Notes under the pieces: model-generated
What the model saw: the letters and a program-made list of their open reading frames with translations, nothing else
The model's database searches: none
What the model was told of the DNA's origin: nothing
Program-made: the position numbers and the translations under genes
Assembly: GCA_963575745.1 (NCBI GenBank)
Contig: CAUYUJ010000122.1
Span: forward strand, 1 to 64,000
Reading direction: 5' to 3'
Length of the DNA: 64,000 nt
Source: Prorocentrum cordatum
Lineage: Eukaryota
In this document: piece after piece, positions 32,387-45,499 of the stretch
How the letters are laid out: each line of letters opens with the position of its first letter
How positions within the stretch are numbered: position 1 is the stretch's first letter

Positions 32387-35300
32387 GGAGACCCCCGGGT
32401 TCCGGAGGAAAAGGTTGGCAATTTTCCACAGTAAAGCGGCGGTGGATCACGCTCTCTCGAAGATGAGCAAGCGCTGCTCTTTTTAGGTGGGCAGGTGCTT
32501 GTGCCCAGGAAACAAACCTGGCACCGCATGTTTTCAGCGGTCACGCACCTGTTCGAGAACGCATTGCCCAATCCCTCGTCAGCATCCTTTCGCGAAGGTG
32601 GACGCCGTCGCGAAGGGTGTGGCACCGACGGGATTGCAACATCATTGCTGGTTTCTTTGCTTGTTTTTGCAGGCGAACTCAAGATGCAGCGGAGGCATTG
32701 CTGAAGCTCAGCCCGTGGAGGAAATCTGGTATTCGGGGACGCTCGTCAGTCAGGCCGTGGTGTTGACGTGAATTCTTGTTCTACTGCCAGGTGAGTCGTG
32801 GAAGAGACCACCGCAGTAGATCTGTGTCTTTGCTCGTTCCTTGGCATGCCGTGCCGAATGTCATTTGAGTGGCAGAGGCAGAAGGGGCTGAGGCTTTGCA
32901 TGCCCTGCATCTGGTCCGTGATGCCCAGCTTCCCTCTGTGCCGCCCGCACGTGCAGGTCCAGGGCGTCTTGCTGTCGTCGCCCCTGACGCCGCCGCGAGC
33001 CGCCACCCTCACTGATGAGGCGCCGTGGTGGCCACCCTGGAGGCTGGCGCCCTCCGCCAGCCGTTCCTGGAGCCTGTCCTGCTTGCCCACGCCGCCAGCA
33101 GCAGCCGAGCCCGCTCCCACTGTTGAGCCGAGCGTTCCAGAGCCGTCCACGGCGCTCCCCGTTGAGCTGGCTGCGGGGGCACCACCGCCCGCGCCGGCGA
33201 GGCCTGCCCCGCCGGCGCCTGGAAGAGAAGGAGGAGCACCGGCCTCCCAAGAAGCGACAGCTGCCTCTTCGGCGTTGGCTGTGGCTGCGAGGCGCACCGG
33301 CTTTCTCGACCGCCGCTGCCCAACTCGGCCACCTCTTGCCCGTGGAACTGCGGGCGCAGGACCGCCGCGCACCAGGCTCCCCAGGGGGACTTGCGCCATA
33401 GACTGCTTCTCCTCCGAGTTTGACTGCTTCTTGCTTCTCCTCCGAGATGTGGTTCGGCGCCTCGGGCTCCAGGCCCGCGCCCTCGACCTGGCGGACCCCC
33501 TCCAGCGCCTCCTGCGTCTCGTTGGAAGCCGTCTGCGCCAGCATGCACTCGCTGTGCGCATGGACCCAAGTGGCCTGGGCGTCGGCGAGCGCGTCCGCGG
33601 CCGCGTCGGTCACCTTCCTGCTCTTGTCGAGTTTCTGCTGCGCCTTGGAATCGCGCCACGTGGCCGTCTGCACCACCGAGTGGTGAGTGTTGGCCTTGGG
33701 CACGGCCGCGTCCGCGGCGGGCTTGTTGATATTTTCCCGTTCCGTCTTGGCGATGCTGCTGCCCATGTCCAGGCTCCAGGATAGCCAGCGCCGCGGACGG
33801 GCCGATGTTGGGAGCTGTTGCTTTCGAGTCCTTCGGCTGCTGCACATTCTCGCCACCAGCGGTGCCCTCGGAGCCCTTCTTCTTCTTGTCGCCTTCTCGC
33901 CACCGCCAGTGGCCGAAGGATCGAACCCAGTGGCCGCCGTGAGCGCGCGCTGGCGGTTTGCCAGCGGGGCGCCCTTGCCGCATTGGCGGACACATGGAAG
34001 GGGGGCGGTCTCGCCCTGGGTGCCTACCATCCGCTCTCGTCTCGTCTCTCGCTCATACCTCCGCCTAGCTCCTCCTCCGTCCTCCTCCTCCCTCACTCCT
34101 CCTCCTCCCCCCGCCCCCTCCCCCTCCCCCTACCTGCCTCCTCCTCCTCCTCCTCCGCCTCCTCCTCCCTCCTCCTCCTCCTCCTCCTCCTCCTCCTCCT
34201 TATCTTCCTCCGCACCCCCAGGGGCGAGCTGCGAGGCCCTGCGAGCACGCTGCTCCCGGAGGCCTGCCACGGCGGTGGCCGGCCCCACGGGTGGCCGCCT
34301 CCACCGCTGCGAGGCTGGCAGCCTGGGCGACGGGCGGCGGGCCATCGCAGCGGCTTCCTTCCACGAGGGTCAGAGAGGTGGTTCTTGCAGCCGGAGTCCT
34401 TTCGGACCATGCTTGCAGGAACTCTTGGGCCGCAGCCTCAGGAGCCAGAGCGGCTCTCCTCCTCCTCCTCCTTCTCCTCCTTCTCCCCCTCCTCCTCCTT
34501 CTTCTCCTCCTCCTCCTCCTCGATCAGGAGGGGCGGAGAAGCGAGGATGTTGGCCGGGCTCACAGTATAAGGGACAATGCTGTATGCGGTCTTGATCAGT
34601 CTGGCGCGCGCCCCTCGCGTACAACTGGTCGCGGGCCTCCTTTCTCCTCCTGCCTGGGCCCATGCTTTCGCCCATCGGCAGCGCGGAGACGACCGAGGGG
34701 GGGGAGAACGAGGGCGGAGCGGGGGTGCCATCGGAGGAAGCCCGTGGCGTTATTTTTTAGTGTTTTTGTTGCTATTAGTATTCTGCTTCGTCTTCTTCTT
34801 CTTCTTCTTCTTATTCCTCCTCCTCCTCCTCGTCCTCCTCTTTCCTCCTCCCTCTCCTTCTCCTCCTGCTCCCCCTCCTCATTCTGCAATCACACGGGTG
34901 GAAAGCGGCTCCTTGTTTGAAATGGGGCTGCCGATCCAGACTTCCGCGTGCGTTATGGCCAGACCTTTTTAGAGTGAGCAGCGCTTCCACGGATATAGAG
35001 ACCCTACCATTGTCCAGAACAATCGGGGCTGTCGCGGGACGCTTCTTCGAGCTGACCGTGACACTCCTGTCCCTCTGTGTCGCTTCCTAGCTGCAATCAT
35101 GGAGGTGGATCGCTCGCAAACTTTTAGTGCGGTCATCACTGGAGTGGCATGTCCACCGGGCGCTCACCATTCAAGGGGGTGGGGGGCGCTTCCCGCCGTG
35201 GAAAGGGATACTTCTCGGGGGCTTTATATGGTGAGGGGGCTTGGGACGGGATGCATCCTGGATGTACTCTGGTCCTCCTGCTCCTCCTCCTCCTTCATCC

Positions 35301-37443
35301 TCCTCCTCCCACTCCTTCTCCTCCTCCTCCTCCTCCTCCTCCTCCTCCTCCTTCTTCATCCTCGTCCTCCTCGCACTCCTCCTCCTCCTCCTCCTGTTTC
35401 CTGCAAGCATGAGAGTGCGCCGCACGCTGCCGCTCTCCTCCTCCTCTCCTCCTCCTCCTCCTCCACCACCTCCTCCTCCTCCTCCTCCTCCTCCTCCTCC
35501 TCCTCCTCCCCTCCCCTCCTCCTCCCCCTCCCCCTCCTCTCCTCCTCCTCCTCCTCCTCCTCCTCCTCCTCCTCCTCCTCCTCTCCTCCTCCTCTCCTCC
35601 TCCTCCCCCTCCCCCTCCTCCTTCTCCTCCTCCTCCTCCTCCTCCTCCTCCTCCTCCTCCTCCTCCTCCTCCTCCTCCTCCTCCCCCTCCTCCTCCTCCT
35701 CTCCCAGGGAACGAATGAGGGAGGGAGGAGCGAGGACGGGAGCAGCGGGGAGACGAAGAGGGTGGTTGCGGCAATAGGGTCCACACCCCAGGTGGAAGCC
35801 TGGTGCCTGCACGGCGGAGGCCTGCCGCCTGGGATGTCAGAACGACGGCCTTCCTCGTCCTCGTCATCGTCCTCGTCGATCGAGGGTCGCGCTTTGCTCG
35901 GTCTCCTGGAGCAGCTACGGCGGGAGCCGCCTCCGGATTCGGGTCCGAGCGCCTAGGAGTCGATCGCGGGCGGAGGACTCAGACCTCGGGCGTCGCAGCA
36001 GAAATGGTGACGGTGGGTCTCCGTTCGGTTCTGGCATCGGGAGACCCGTTGTGGGCCTCGGGCCCACGAAGCAAAACTGGATGTCGGATGTGAGGGTCCC
36101 TCTGCCTTCCCGCTTTCTGTTTCTCCGATGAAGCTGCTCATTCTGAATATTGCCGGCCCCTCTCGCCAGACGACGTGTTGTCTCGTTGTTCTTGCACAAA
36201 GGTTCCCAGGCTGTCCGTAACTCTTCTTGGGTGGTTGCTTCTGGTAGCACTTGCGTTTTGAGAAGTGTAACTCTTCATTGGCAGAATGGTATCTATAGTG
36301 CGCTTCGGCTCAACCCGCCAACGTGCTCGGGTGGTGGACCAGGGGTCTCTTGGGACGCCTCTTGATGGTTTACTTGGGCCAATTGGGATCTCGGTGGCCA
36401 CGGCGGGGTACAGCGCTCGGAATGTCAGGTCGGGCTCCTACTCTTGGGCTGCTCTCGGGGCCATGGGAGGCCTCTCTGGCCCTCTTGGGTGCCTCTGCGG
36501 CCGACTTGGGAGGAGGAGGAGGAGGAGGAGGAGGAGGAGGAGGAGGAGGAGGAGGAGGAGGAGAAGGAGGATGAGCTTGCCCAAATCATCAACAAATGTC
36601 TAAAGCCTCTTGGGCTGGCCCCCCCAGGGGCCTCCCAGACGGCCCAAGCAGGCCCTCAAGAAGGCCCCTATGACGGTGCCATTGGGGCCATCGCACGGCG
36701 GGTGGGAGGTGTGGACGGCCAGCCGGGATCCCGACACGCGCGAACGTGCGACAGCCTCTGGTGGATGGTGTCTTCTGGTCGCGACGGGCCGCCTTCTCGT
36801 GGCGCCGGAGGTCTGGGCGGCTTGCGCGCCTCGCGCTGCTGGTCATGGGAGGATGGCGTCGGACGGGGCTCGGACGAGGACAAATCCGACGCTGAGCCCA
36901 CGCTGGAAGTCCGAAAACAACAGCATCCAGAGGCCAGGTCGCGCCAGACCTCCCGACCGCTCGTTGGCGGCTGCGGGGCTCCACCCGCAACAGAACGGGG
37001 TTGAAGGCAGAAGATGCGACGATTGGCGCACACGTCGTCGGAACACCTCCGACACAGGCAGGGTGGGCGCCAAGGTCATGCGCCCAGGGTCCGTTCCAGA
37101 GCGTTCCCGAACGAGGAGGAGGAGGAGGAGGAGGAGGTGGAGGAGGAGGAGGAGGAGGCGGAGGAGGAGGCGGAGGAGGAGGAAAGGAGGAGGAGGAGGA
37201 AGAGGAGGAGGAGAGAGGAGGAGGAAGAGGGAGGAGGGGAGGAGAAGGAAGAGGAGGAGGAGGAGGAGGAGAGAAGGAGCGAGAGGAGGAGGAGGGGAGG
37301 AGGAGGAGGAGGAGGAGGAGGAGGAGGAGGAGGCTCTCAGAGCGTTCTGGAACTCCTTGAGGAGGCCGCGGCGCGAGATGCATCCTCCAGAGCCGCCAGA
37401 CCTCAGAGACCCTCGACTCATCCTCGCCGAAGTTTGCCCTCGT

Positions 37444-37553
37444 GCTGGATTCCCTTCGGGGATCATCCGTTAACATCGGAACGATACAGAGAGGATTAGC
37501 ATGGGCCCTGCGCAAGGATGACACGCACACATCGAGAAGTGTATACAAGTTTC
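37444..37553 (+). ncRNA. U6: U6 snRNA copy (diverged, probably retroposed/pseudogene) with an A-rich tail at 37556-37593
   Basis: GGAACGATACAGAGAGGATTAGCATGGGCCCTGCGCAAGGATGACACGCA matches the conserved U6 core (ACAGAGA box, AGC triad, ISL) with a few substitutions. It has a 5' CTTCGG stem-loop and no long 3' T-run. Confidence 0.93.
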
Positions 37554-37932
37554 CCAAACAAATAAAAATAAAAATAAAAAAAAACATAAAACAGCTTAGC
37601 CTCGTCCTGGCTCCGTCTCCTGGCGCGCTCGCGAGCTCGTGGCTCGCGGGCCGGGGGGGAGGCCTGCCGAGACCCGCCGGGCTGCTCGCGCCCCCGAAGC
37701 CTGGCCAGGGGCGCCCAGACCTCCCCGCGGCTCGTGGCAACCATCGCCTCGGCACCCTTCGGCCTCTGGTCAGGAGAGGAAAAAAGCACACAGACACAAT
37801 TAATCTTCGATTCCCCAGAAAACATGGGAAAATATGGGAAGTGGGGGGGAAGACAAACACCCAGAAAATATGAGAGAATATGGGGAATATCATTATTTGT
37901 GTGTATTTATTGGTGTGTCCTGGGGCCCCTTC

Positions 37933-38115
37933 ACTCTGGGGGTGGACAGAACCCCCAACAGTGACACGTCGATTAGTGAACTGTCCGTTTTCGGTTCTCG
38001 AGAGGGCGCCGCGGCCGCTATCTTCCAGGCTGGCGCCCGCCAGGTTTGGGCCCGAGGTCGTTTTCACGAAACCACGTTTTACTGAAGGGAGGTCTGTCCA
38101 TCCCCGACTCTGGGG
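37933..38115. mobile_element. Dispersed repeat 'family B' with short terminal inverted repeats and a 9-bp direct repeat
   Basis: Body ACACGTCGATTA...GAGAGGGCG...GTTTTCACGAA is shared with 56908-57058. TGGACAGA/TCTGTCCA inverted ends; ACTCTGGGG at 37933 and 38107. Confidence 0.7.
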
Positions 38116-38704
38116 AGCCCTCGCCGGGCTCCGGGGCCGTCCCAAGCGGCTCGGAAGGAAAAACCGGCCCCAGGGGAAGGGGTCGGGACCATGGGGTCCT
38201 CGGGAGCGGAAAAGAGGGGGGGGGGTGGATATCATGGCGGGGGCTATGATATTTCCCCAGATTTCATGGCGCCTCTTCTCATTTCATTACGTCCCTGGCC
38301 CCCCCGCTGGGCCGCGCACATGCCGCCGGTCATGATTTGCACCCACCCCTCTTGGACACCCCCCTCTTGGCCGCTCCCGGGCTCCCGGGGGGTGGCCGAA
38401 ATATTACCACCAACACCGAAAGCTGGGATCACCTTCCCCCTGTGGAGGCACCCCCCTGTGTTGGTGTTGGTGCCCATTTCCAGGCCTCCAGGAAGGGGTC
38501 GGGACCATGGGGTCCACGCCGCGACGAAAATCATGACGTCGGAGGTCTGAGGGCCTGGGACGTCGTGCTGTCCCCCCCTCGGCGGCAGGCGGCGGACTGG
38601 CGGCGGAAGCTGGCGGAGGCAAGGCGGCGTCTCCGCCGGCAGCAGCCGGCGGACGCCTGCGGAAGCAACGAAAGTGCGCCCCCAATATATTACGGTATGT
38701 TGTC

Positions 38705-38945
38705 GACTCGGGTTTCTTTGGGCGCCCGAGTTATCAGGGGTAACTCGGGTCAGGGCTAACTCGGGCTCGTTTTTCGGGAATCCGAACCCGAGTTGCCCCG
38801 GGCCCGAGTTACCCCAGAGAACTCGGGCGCCCAGAGCCCCGAATCATCAGGGGTAACTCGGGTCAGGGCTAACTCGGGTTCGTTTCTCGGGAATCCGAAC
38901 CCGACTTACCCCCGGCCCGAGTTACCCCGGATAATTCGGGCGCCC
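38705..38945. repeat. ~112-bp tandem duplication rich in AACTCGGG/CCCGAGTT inverted motifs
   Basis: GGGTAACTCGGGTCAGGGCTAACTCGGG at 38738 and ~38851. Confidence 0.8.
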
Positions 38946-39347
38946 AAGGTTCTGGAGGGGCCACACGGCTGGAGGCAGTTCGAGTACGTACAAATTTGCG
39001 GATAAAGCGAATGTTGGTTTCGACAGGGGCTCGATATTGCTCGGGTCCTGCCTGCCTTTGTTTCTCCTCTTTTGAGCTCTTCGTGCATCTGGGCGCAACT
39101 GGGGCCCCAAAGGGGCTCAGTTCCTCATCCATGTTTCCTCATAGCAGACCTGTGCCGGTGCTAACGCTATGCGAGCCCAATCTCTGCCGAACATGGCGGA
39201 CTCTTTTTGTTTTAATTCCGGCCTCAGGGGGCCCACCTCGAGGCCACAGGTCGGTCGACAACCGACCTGGGATGGAACTCTGGCCAGCAAGACCGACTGC
39301 GGGACGATCGAGAGCAGCAGCGTCAACAAGAGGGGGGTAGAAGTAAA

Positions 39348-41442
39348 TCGGGCATGTCCCTCTACAGGAGGAAAACCCCAAATCGTCAAGAATGGTCTCG
39401 GGACGACTTTTTCAAGGACTGCTTTTTTTGTCTATGTTTGAGTCTGTTTCGAGTATTCTTGATTTTTCGCCCAACCTCCGCCTGTAGGGGGACATGCCCG
39501 ACCGAAGGGCAGAAGGCGTCGGCGGCCTGCTTGCAGAGCTCGGGCCGGACGAAAGGGGCGGATAGGGAAAGGGGGTGTTACGAAATCTGCTGCTTGCAGC
39601 TGGTTTCGGCCCCGCCGCCGGGCCCATCCCTCGATACATGGGCGCCTCCCGGCGCCGGGAGGCGCCGGGAAAATCAGCTATAGGTGAGCTGATTCTCACC
39701 CCCCGCCTTTGCTATCCCCCCCTTTCGCCTGGCCCGAAGAGAGCGGTGGCGCGCGCTGCCTCGAGGCGCACAGCGCCCTGCGGGGGGGCCCTCCCAGGGG
39801 GGGCCTCGGGGCTGCGAGGGTGCGCCGGGGACTCGCACCTCCGACGCCGTGACTTTTTCACAAGGAGGAGGAGGAGGAGGAGGAGGAGGAGGAGGAGGAG
39901 GAGGAGGAGGAGGAGGAGGAGGAGGAGGAGGAGGAGGAGGAGGAGGAGGTTTTTTGTCCTTGTCGGCCTCTCGGGGCCCTCGCCGGGCCTCGGGACCGTC
40001 AAGAAACAACTCGGGATGAGAAACGGGTCCCGGGGAAGGTGTCGGGAGGTCGGGGGCCCGTGTCTCGAAAAAGTCGAGACGTCGGATGTCTGGGAATGTC
40101 GACCCCCAGAGGTCCAGACCCCTTCCCCGGGGCCGGCTTCTCGTCCCGAGTTGTTTTCTGACGGTTCCGAGGCCCAGTCAGGGTCCCCGCAGGCCGAACA
40201 TAGTGAAAAACGCGTCGCCGTGTCTTTTTCACAGCGCGATGAGGGTCTGGGTATCAGGCCAGCGCGGTCCACATGCGCGTGGGCATCCGCTGTCACGTCG
40301 GGACCGTCCGCGGAGGCGAGAGAGAGAGCGGTGCTCACCCGGGTCTGAGGCCTTGCTGTGGCCAGGGACCTGGCTGGAGTCGGCGCCCCCCTCCCCCAAC
40401 CAAATCAATTACCGACCACGGCATCCCCCCAAACCCAAGTCGACCTGAGTTTTCGGGCCGAATGTTCGGCCCATCCTCCCCTCGGACCACGGCATCCCCT
40501 CCTCCTCCTCCTCCTCCTCCTCCTCCTCCTCCTCCTCCTCCTCCTCCTCCGCATCAAGTTGACCCCGGGAAAACCGGCGTCCGCCCAGGTGAGCTGCTGC
40601 TGGGTGCCGCGCCGCTGTCCGGCGAGCAGCTATGTGGCTTCCTGCGCGGCTGCGAGGACAGGGGCGGATGGGGAAACGCCCCCGATGGCTTACCGAGAGC
40701 ACGAGGGCGATGAGCAACACCAGCTTTGGAAGGGTGCCGTTTTCTTCGTGTTTGGGCTCTCCGCCTTGGAGTGTCGTTCGCTTTGGGTGCCTCCATGCGA
40801 GAAGTCGGGCCTCTCCCCCTACAGGGGGATTTTCGACGAAAAATCAAAAAACACCGCAAACATACCCCCAAACATTAAAACAGATTCGACAGATAGGCCC
40901 CAGACTATTTTTTGACTGTTCTTGGGGTCTTTTTTTATTTTTTTTGTTTTTCGTCGAACATCCCCCTGCAGGGGGACACGCCCGACTGGGGCCTACGGCG
41001 AAGGAGCTCATGTTCTCCTCCTCCTCCTCCTCCTCCTCCGTCGCCCTCCTCCTCCTCCCCCTCCTGCTCCTCCACCTCCTTCTTCCTCCTCCTCCTCCTC
41101 CTCCTCCTCCTTGACCCACGTTCTCGTGGCAATGCTTCGACCGTGGCCAGGGGCAGGCTCACGCACCGCTCGGTGCGTGCTCGTGGCTCGTCCAGGACGC
41201 CCCGTGGCTCTGCGCCTCCCCGTTCCCTGGCAGGGAGATCGTCCCCAGGATTACGTCGGGCCTGTCCCCCTACAGGGGGATGTTCGACGAAATATAAGAC
41301 ATGCCCCCAAAATGATCCAAAAATGCTGCAAAAATAGTCCGGGGACTGTTTTGTTGACTATTTGTTGATCTTTTTGGTGTATTTTTTGTTTGGTATTTTT
41401 AATTTTTCGTCGAAGATCCCCCTGTAGGGGGACACGCCCGAC
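39348..41442. mobile_element. Three copies of MITE 'family C' (39348-39502, 40804-40986, 41255-41442)
   Basis: Each has ~22-bp terminal inverted repeats of the form GTCGGGCNTGTCCCCCTACAGG...CCTGTAGGGGGACAYGCCCGAC around variable AT-rich interiors. A further copy is at 57114-57425 and a half copy near 29780. Confidence 0.85.
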
Positions 41443-44400
41443 ATAACACCAGGACTGCCCGCTTCAGTGTGAAGCCTCTGAAGGAGGGGACCCGCTGGAG
41501 CCTCCATCTGCCCCCACTGTCGCCAAGGTGCCGCTGAGGGAGTTTGAGTGGACCAGGGATTCCTCGACAACTGTGGCGCTGCATTGTCAACGCGCAACCT
41601 CGGTATGTGGAGCCGCTTTCGTGAAGCCCTGTTTCTTGAACTGTTTGCGTGCAACCTTGTGTATTGTAGTGCTTACTTGTGAACTTACTTGTGTTTTGCA
41701 GCTTGCACGTGCGGCTGCATCCTGTACCGCACCCGTGCAAGCTGTAACCTTGCACTGTTGAGCTGTACTCTTGTGTCTTGTAACGCTGGCGCCAATAAGG
41801 CCTTCAAGACTGTAAGATATCATATGCCAGGGTACGGGGGGGCCGGGACGGGGGCCGGCCTACCCTGCTGGAATTCCCCGCCCCCCCCTTCTGGTCCACG
41901 ACATCTTCGACCCGCCAACACAGCTCTGGAGGCCGCCAAAAAGCAGCCAGAGCGGCCCCACACGTTCGCTTGTGAGGTCTTAACATCGTCCTAGACGGCC
42001 GAGGAGGCCCCCAAGATCGCCCCAAGAGGGCCCAAGAGGCTCCCAAGGGGGCCCCAGGACGGCCCAAGCGTGTCTTAAGACGGTCCAGACGCACCCAGAA
42101 CTGCCCAAGAGGGCCTTAAGAAGGGTCCAAGAGGGGGAGCTCCAACTGATATTTCGAGCCCTCCGCTAGGACCCAGGAAGCTTCAAACTCGCTACACGAA
42201 GCGCCCGAGAAGCATGCCAATAGACCCATAATTCCAGGTATCCAATAAGACTCTGACCCAAACCTCAGGCACTCAGGCTTCAGATCCGCCGCCCCCTGTC
42301 CTAGACTTCAGGTGGTTTCTGATTCTTTTTGAGACTCCCCCTGGGGCTTAGGTCCATCGCGCCGGCCACCTGGAAAGCTTGCCAGGTTACATCTCCCGTC
42401 GCCTTTTTCCGCTTAAGATGGCCTCCGAGACGGCCAAGATAGCCTCCCCGACGGCCACGTTGACGGCAACAGAGCCGAAGATATGCCCAGCATGGCTTCC
42501 GAGATGGTCCGAAGATGCCTCCAATACCGCTCAGATGGTCGAAGAGAGCCCAAGACTACCCAAGATTCGTCCAAGAGGCTTCCAGGATGGCCAGAAGGCA
42601 TTTAAAAGCTCCTCCAGGGCAGCCCGAAGAGGCCAAGATCATTGAATTCTGTTAGGCTTTTGAAGGATCTTGGTATTTGCTTCGAAATAGCCTTCCGAGT
42701 GCCCAAGACGACCCAAGAGGTCCCCACGATTGCCCCTCGCCCAATAGGCCTCCAAGATGGCCCAAGAACTAGCTGCCCCAGGGGCTCCCAAGACGGCCCC
42801 CGAAGGGCCACCAGGTAGCCTCCAAGACGCCGAAAGGACGACCCTATGCGCCCCGAGGGGGTCCCAAGAGCTCAGAGAGGCTCCGAAGACGGTTCCCGAT
42901 GGCGTCGGACGGGCCAGGAACGCCGTAAGATTGCCAAAGAGAGACCCAAGAAGCCCCCAAAGGCCCCCAAGAGGCCCAAGGAGGCCCCAAGAGGCCTCCA
43001 AGAGGCTCCCAGCAAGCTCCCAGGGGGCCCTAAGAATGTCCGAAGAAGCTCCCAAGAGGCCTTCTCATCATCCTCCTTTCTCCTCCCTCTCCTCATCCTC
43101 CTCCTCCTCCTCCCTCACGTACTCCCCGAAGGGCTTTCACAAATGCTGGTTGAACGCATGGTCCAATAGCGTGGCCAAGCTTTGCCCAAACGTTTGGCCA
43201 CATAGGCGTATCCTAAAAGGCAGGGGGCGGCGGTGATTCGCCGTAGGCGTCTTCGATAAGCAAGCTCTTGGCCTGGCCACATACCCATCCCAATGCAGTC
43301 ATGTGTAGCGTGAGGCGCGGGCCTCTCTTCATATACTGCGCGCCGCGCGGTAATGCGGAACGCGGGCTGCTGTGGAGCACGCGCGCACGGGCGCGCAGAA
43401 CTCCTTGTGGGGCACGGTCCGCGTGAAGGGTGTGCCGAGTGACTCGGATGCCCCCGCGCGAGCACGCCCACTGAGGCCGCAGGTGGAGCTCCTCTGGGCA
43501 CGACCCGCTGGAGGCATGTGCCGACCTGGGCGGGGGGACGCCGTGCGAAGCTGCCCATGGGTGCCATGATAGGGAGTTCCTTCTGGGGCACGAGTTGCGC
43601 GACGGGTGTGCCCGGGTCTCTGGGCCTGTATGTAGTCTTCTTTGTTGGCACGATCCGCGTGATTGGGTGTGCCCCAGTGAGCGGGGGGTCGCAATGCGAC
43701 ACCTGCCCCTTGCGCCGTAGGTCCAGATCCCTGTGGGCCACGGTCCGTGTGAGAGGTGTGCTGACGTAGGCGTGGAGCCGGGATGCTATGACTCTGGGGC
43801 CGTCGGAGAAAACTCCCTGCGGGCCATGATCCGTGTGAGAGGTGTGCAGAAGGGAGCGGGGCTACGCTTTGAAGCTTGCCTCTGGTGCAGCAAATGCAGT
43901 TACTTGAGTGGCACGAGTGCCACTGTGCGAATTTTGGCCCTGGCGAAGTAGATGGAGCTCCCTGTGGGGCGCGATCCTTGTGAGGGGTTTGCCCGAGTGG
44001 GCGGGGGGACGCTAAGCCAAGTCTGTTTCTATGGCCGTCGGTGGAGCTCCTTGATGGCCATGATCCGTGTGACACTGTATGTCCTCCGACGCCGAGCACC
44101 TTAGACTACAACCACAGCTTGTTAGAACCTAAGCGCGCGAAGCGCTCGAATGGTTTTAGTGTATTGCTCGATTGTTTACGTGCAATTTTGCGCGTTGTAT
44201 GGTCAAGCGTGTAACTTTGTGTGCGGTACCGTTTGCGTGCAACCTTGCGTCTTGTACAGCTTACGTGTAATGACAAACTGAACGGTTTGCGTGCGCCATT
44301 TGTGCACTGTATCGCTAACGTGTAAGGTAAGACCGCGCCTCGTACCGGTGTAGTTTCTCGTCAACAATTTCTTGCAGGGCGGTCGGGCGAGTCTGGAGGT

Positions 44401-45250
44401 TGTTCTATCAACGATACTATATTGGAGGTTGGGGGTTTGAGACCGACGTGACATGTGCCATGCCCCAACAGGGAAGTCGTTTCGTTTCGCTCGTGTCGTC
44501 CGTGACCTGTGCGCGGGCGAGGCGAGGCAACGTTGCGCCAGTTCTGGGCCCAGCAGGGCCAGGTCAGGAGACAACTGGCCTCTCGGGGGGGGGCGCTCCT
44601 GGGGTCCTTCGGGGACCCCCCCCAAGGGCTTCTTGGGAGCTTCTTGAGGGTACGTTGGGGTCTTCGGGGCCATGATGTGGTGGGGGGGGGGGGCTCCCGG
44701 GGTCCCTGCGAGTTGCCCGTCTTGGGTTCCTCTTGGGGGCCTTTTTGGCCGGCTTCGGGGCCGTCTTGGGCCGTCTTAGGGCCCTCTGGGGGCGTCTCTG
44801 GGTACTCTTGGGGGCGTCTTGCATCGCCTTAGGTAAATCTCGGGTCGTTTCTATTTTCAGACCTCCGAGAAAAACATGGCAGACCAACGTTTTCTGAATC
44901 TGGAGGCCCTCGTGGGGATCCTTTTGGGGTTCGATTGAGGCGTCTTGGGCTGTCTTGGGCCATGTTGGGTGTTCTTGAAGCCTCTCCGGAGTGTTGACGC
45001 CCGTCTGGAGACACAGCAGAAGATATTCGGGACACTTTGGCGGCCATGGAGTGTGGATTTGGAGGCCGCGGGGGCCACGGAGGCGCGTTGTTTTGACGAG
45101 CCCGTGTCCCCCCGCCCGTCCACCCCGCCTCTAATGGGATTTTGGACCCCAGGGAAGGAGGGCAGGGGGAGGCGCACACCAAAATGTCTCACCGCCGGCG
45201 CCGCCGGCGCCGCCGCCGCCATCGTGGCCGTCGCCATCGTGGTCGCCGCT

Positions 45251-45298
<48 letters not shown>

Positions 45299-45499
45299 AT
45301 CGAGGTCGTCGTCGTCCTCGTCCTCGCCGCCCTTGTCGACGTCGACGTCGTCGTCGTGATCGTCGCCGACACATCGTCGACGTTGCTCCTCCTCGGCGCC
45401 CTTGCCGCCGCCGCTGGCGCTTGCGGCGACGTCGTCGCCGCTGTCCCGGGCCCGTTCGCTCTGGAGTGCCCCCCCCCCCCCGCGTGGGCCGCCCCTTCT

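Noticed and set aside
32900..34030. Possible decayed retroelement ORF1 or exons (RQCGKGAP, helical Ala/Lys-rich stretch) on the minus strand
   Set aside because: Frameshifted, with no diagnostic motif, so the identity cannot be supported.
36589..38235. 548-aa minus-strand ORF as a single gene
   Set aside because: It reads through repeats, antisense U6 and a microsatellite. At most, parts of it are exons.
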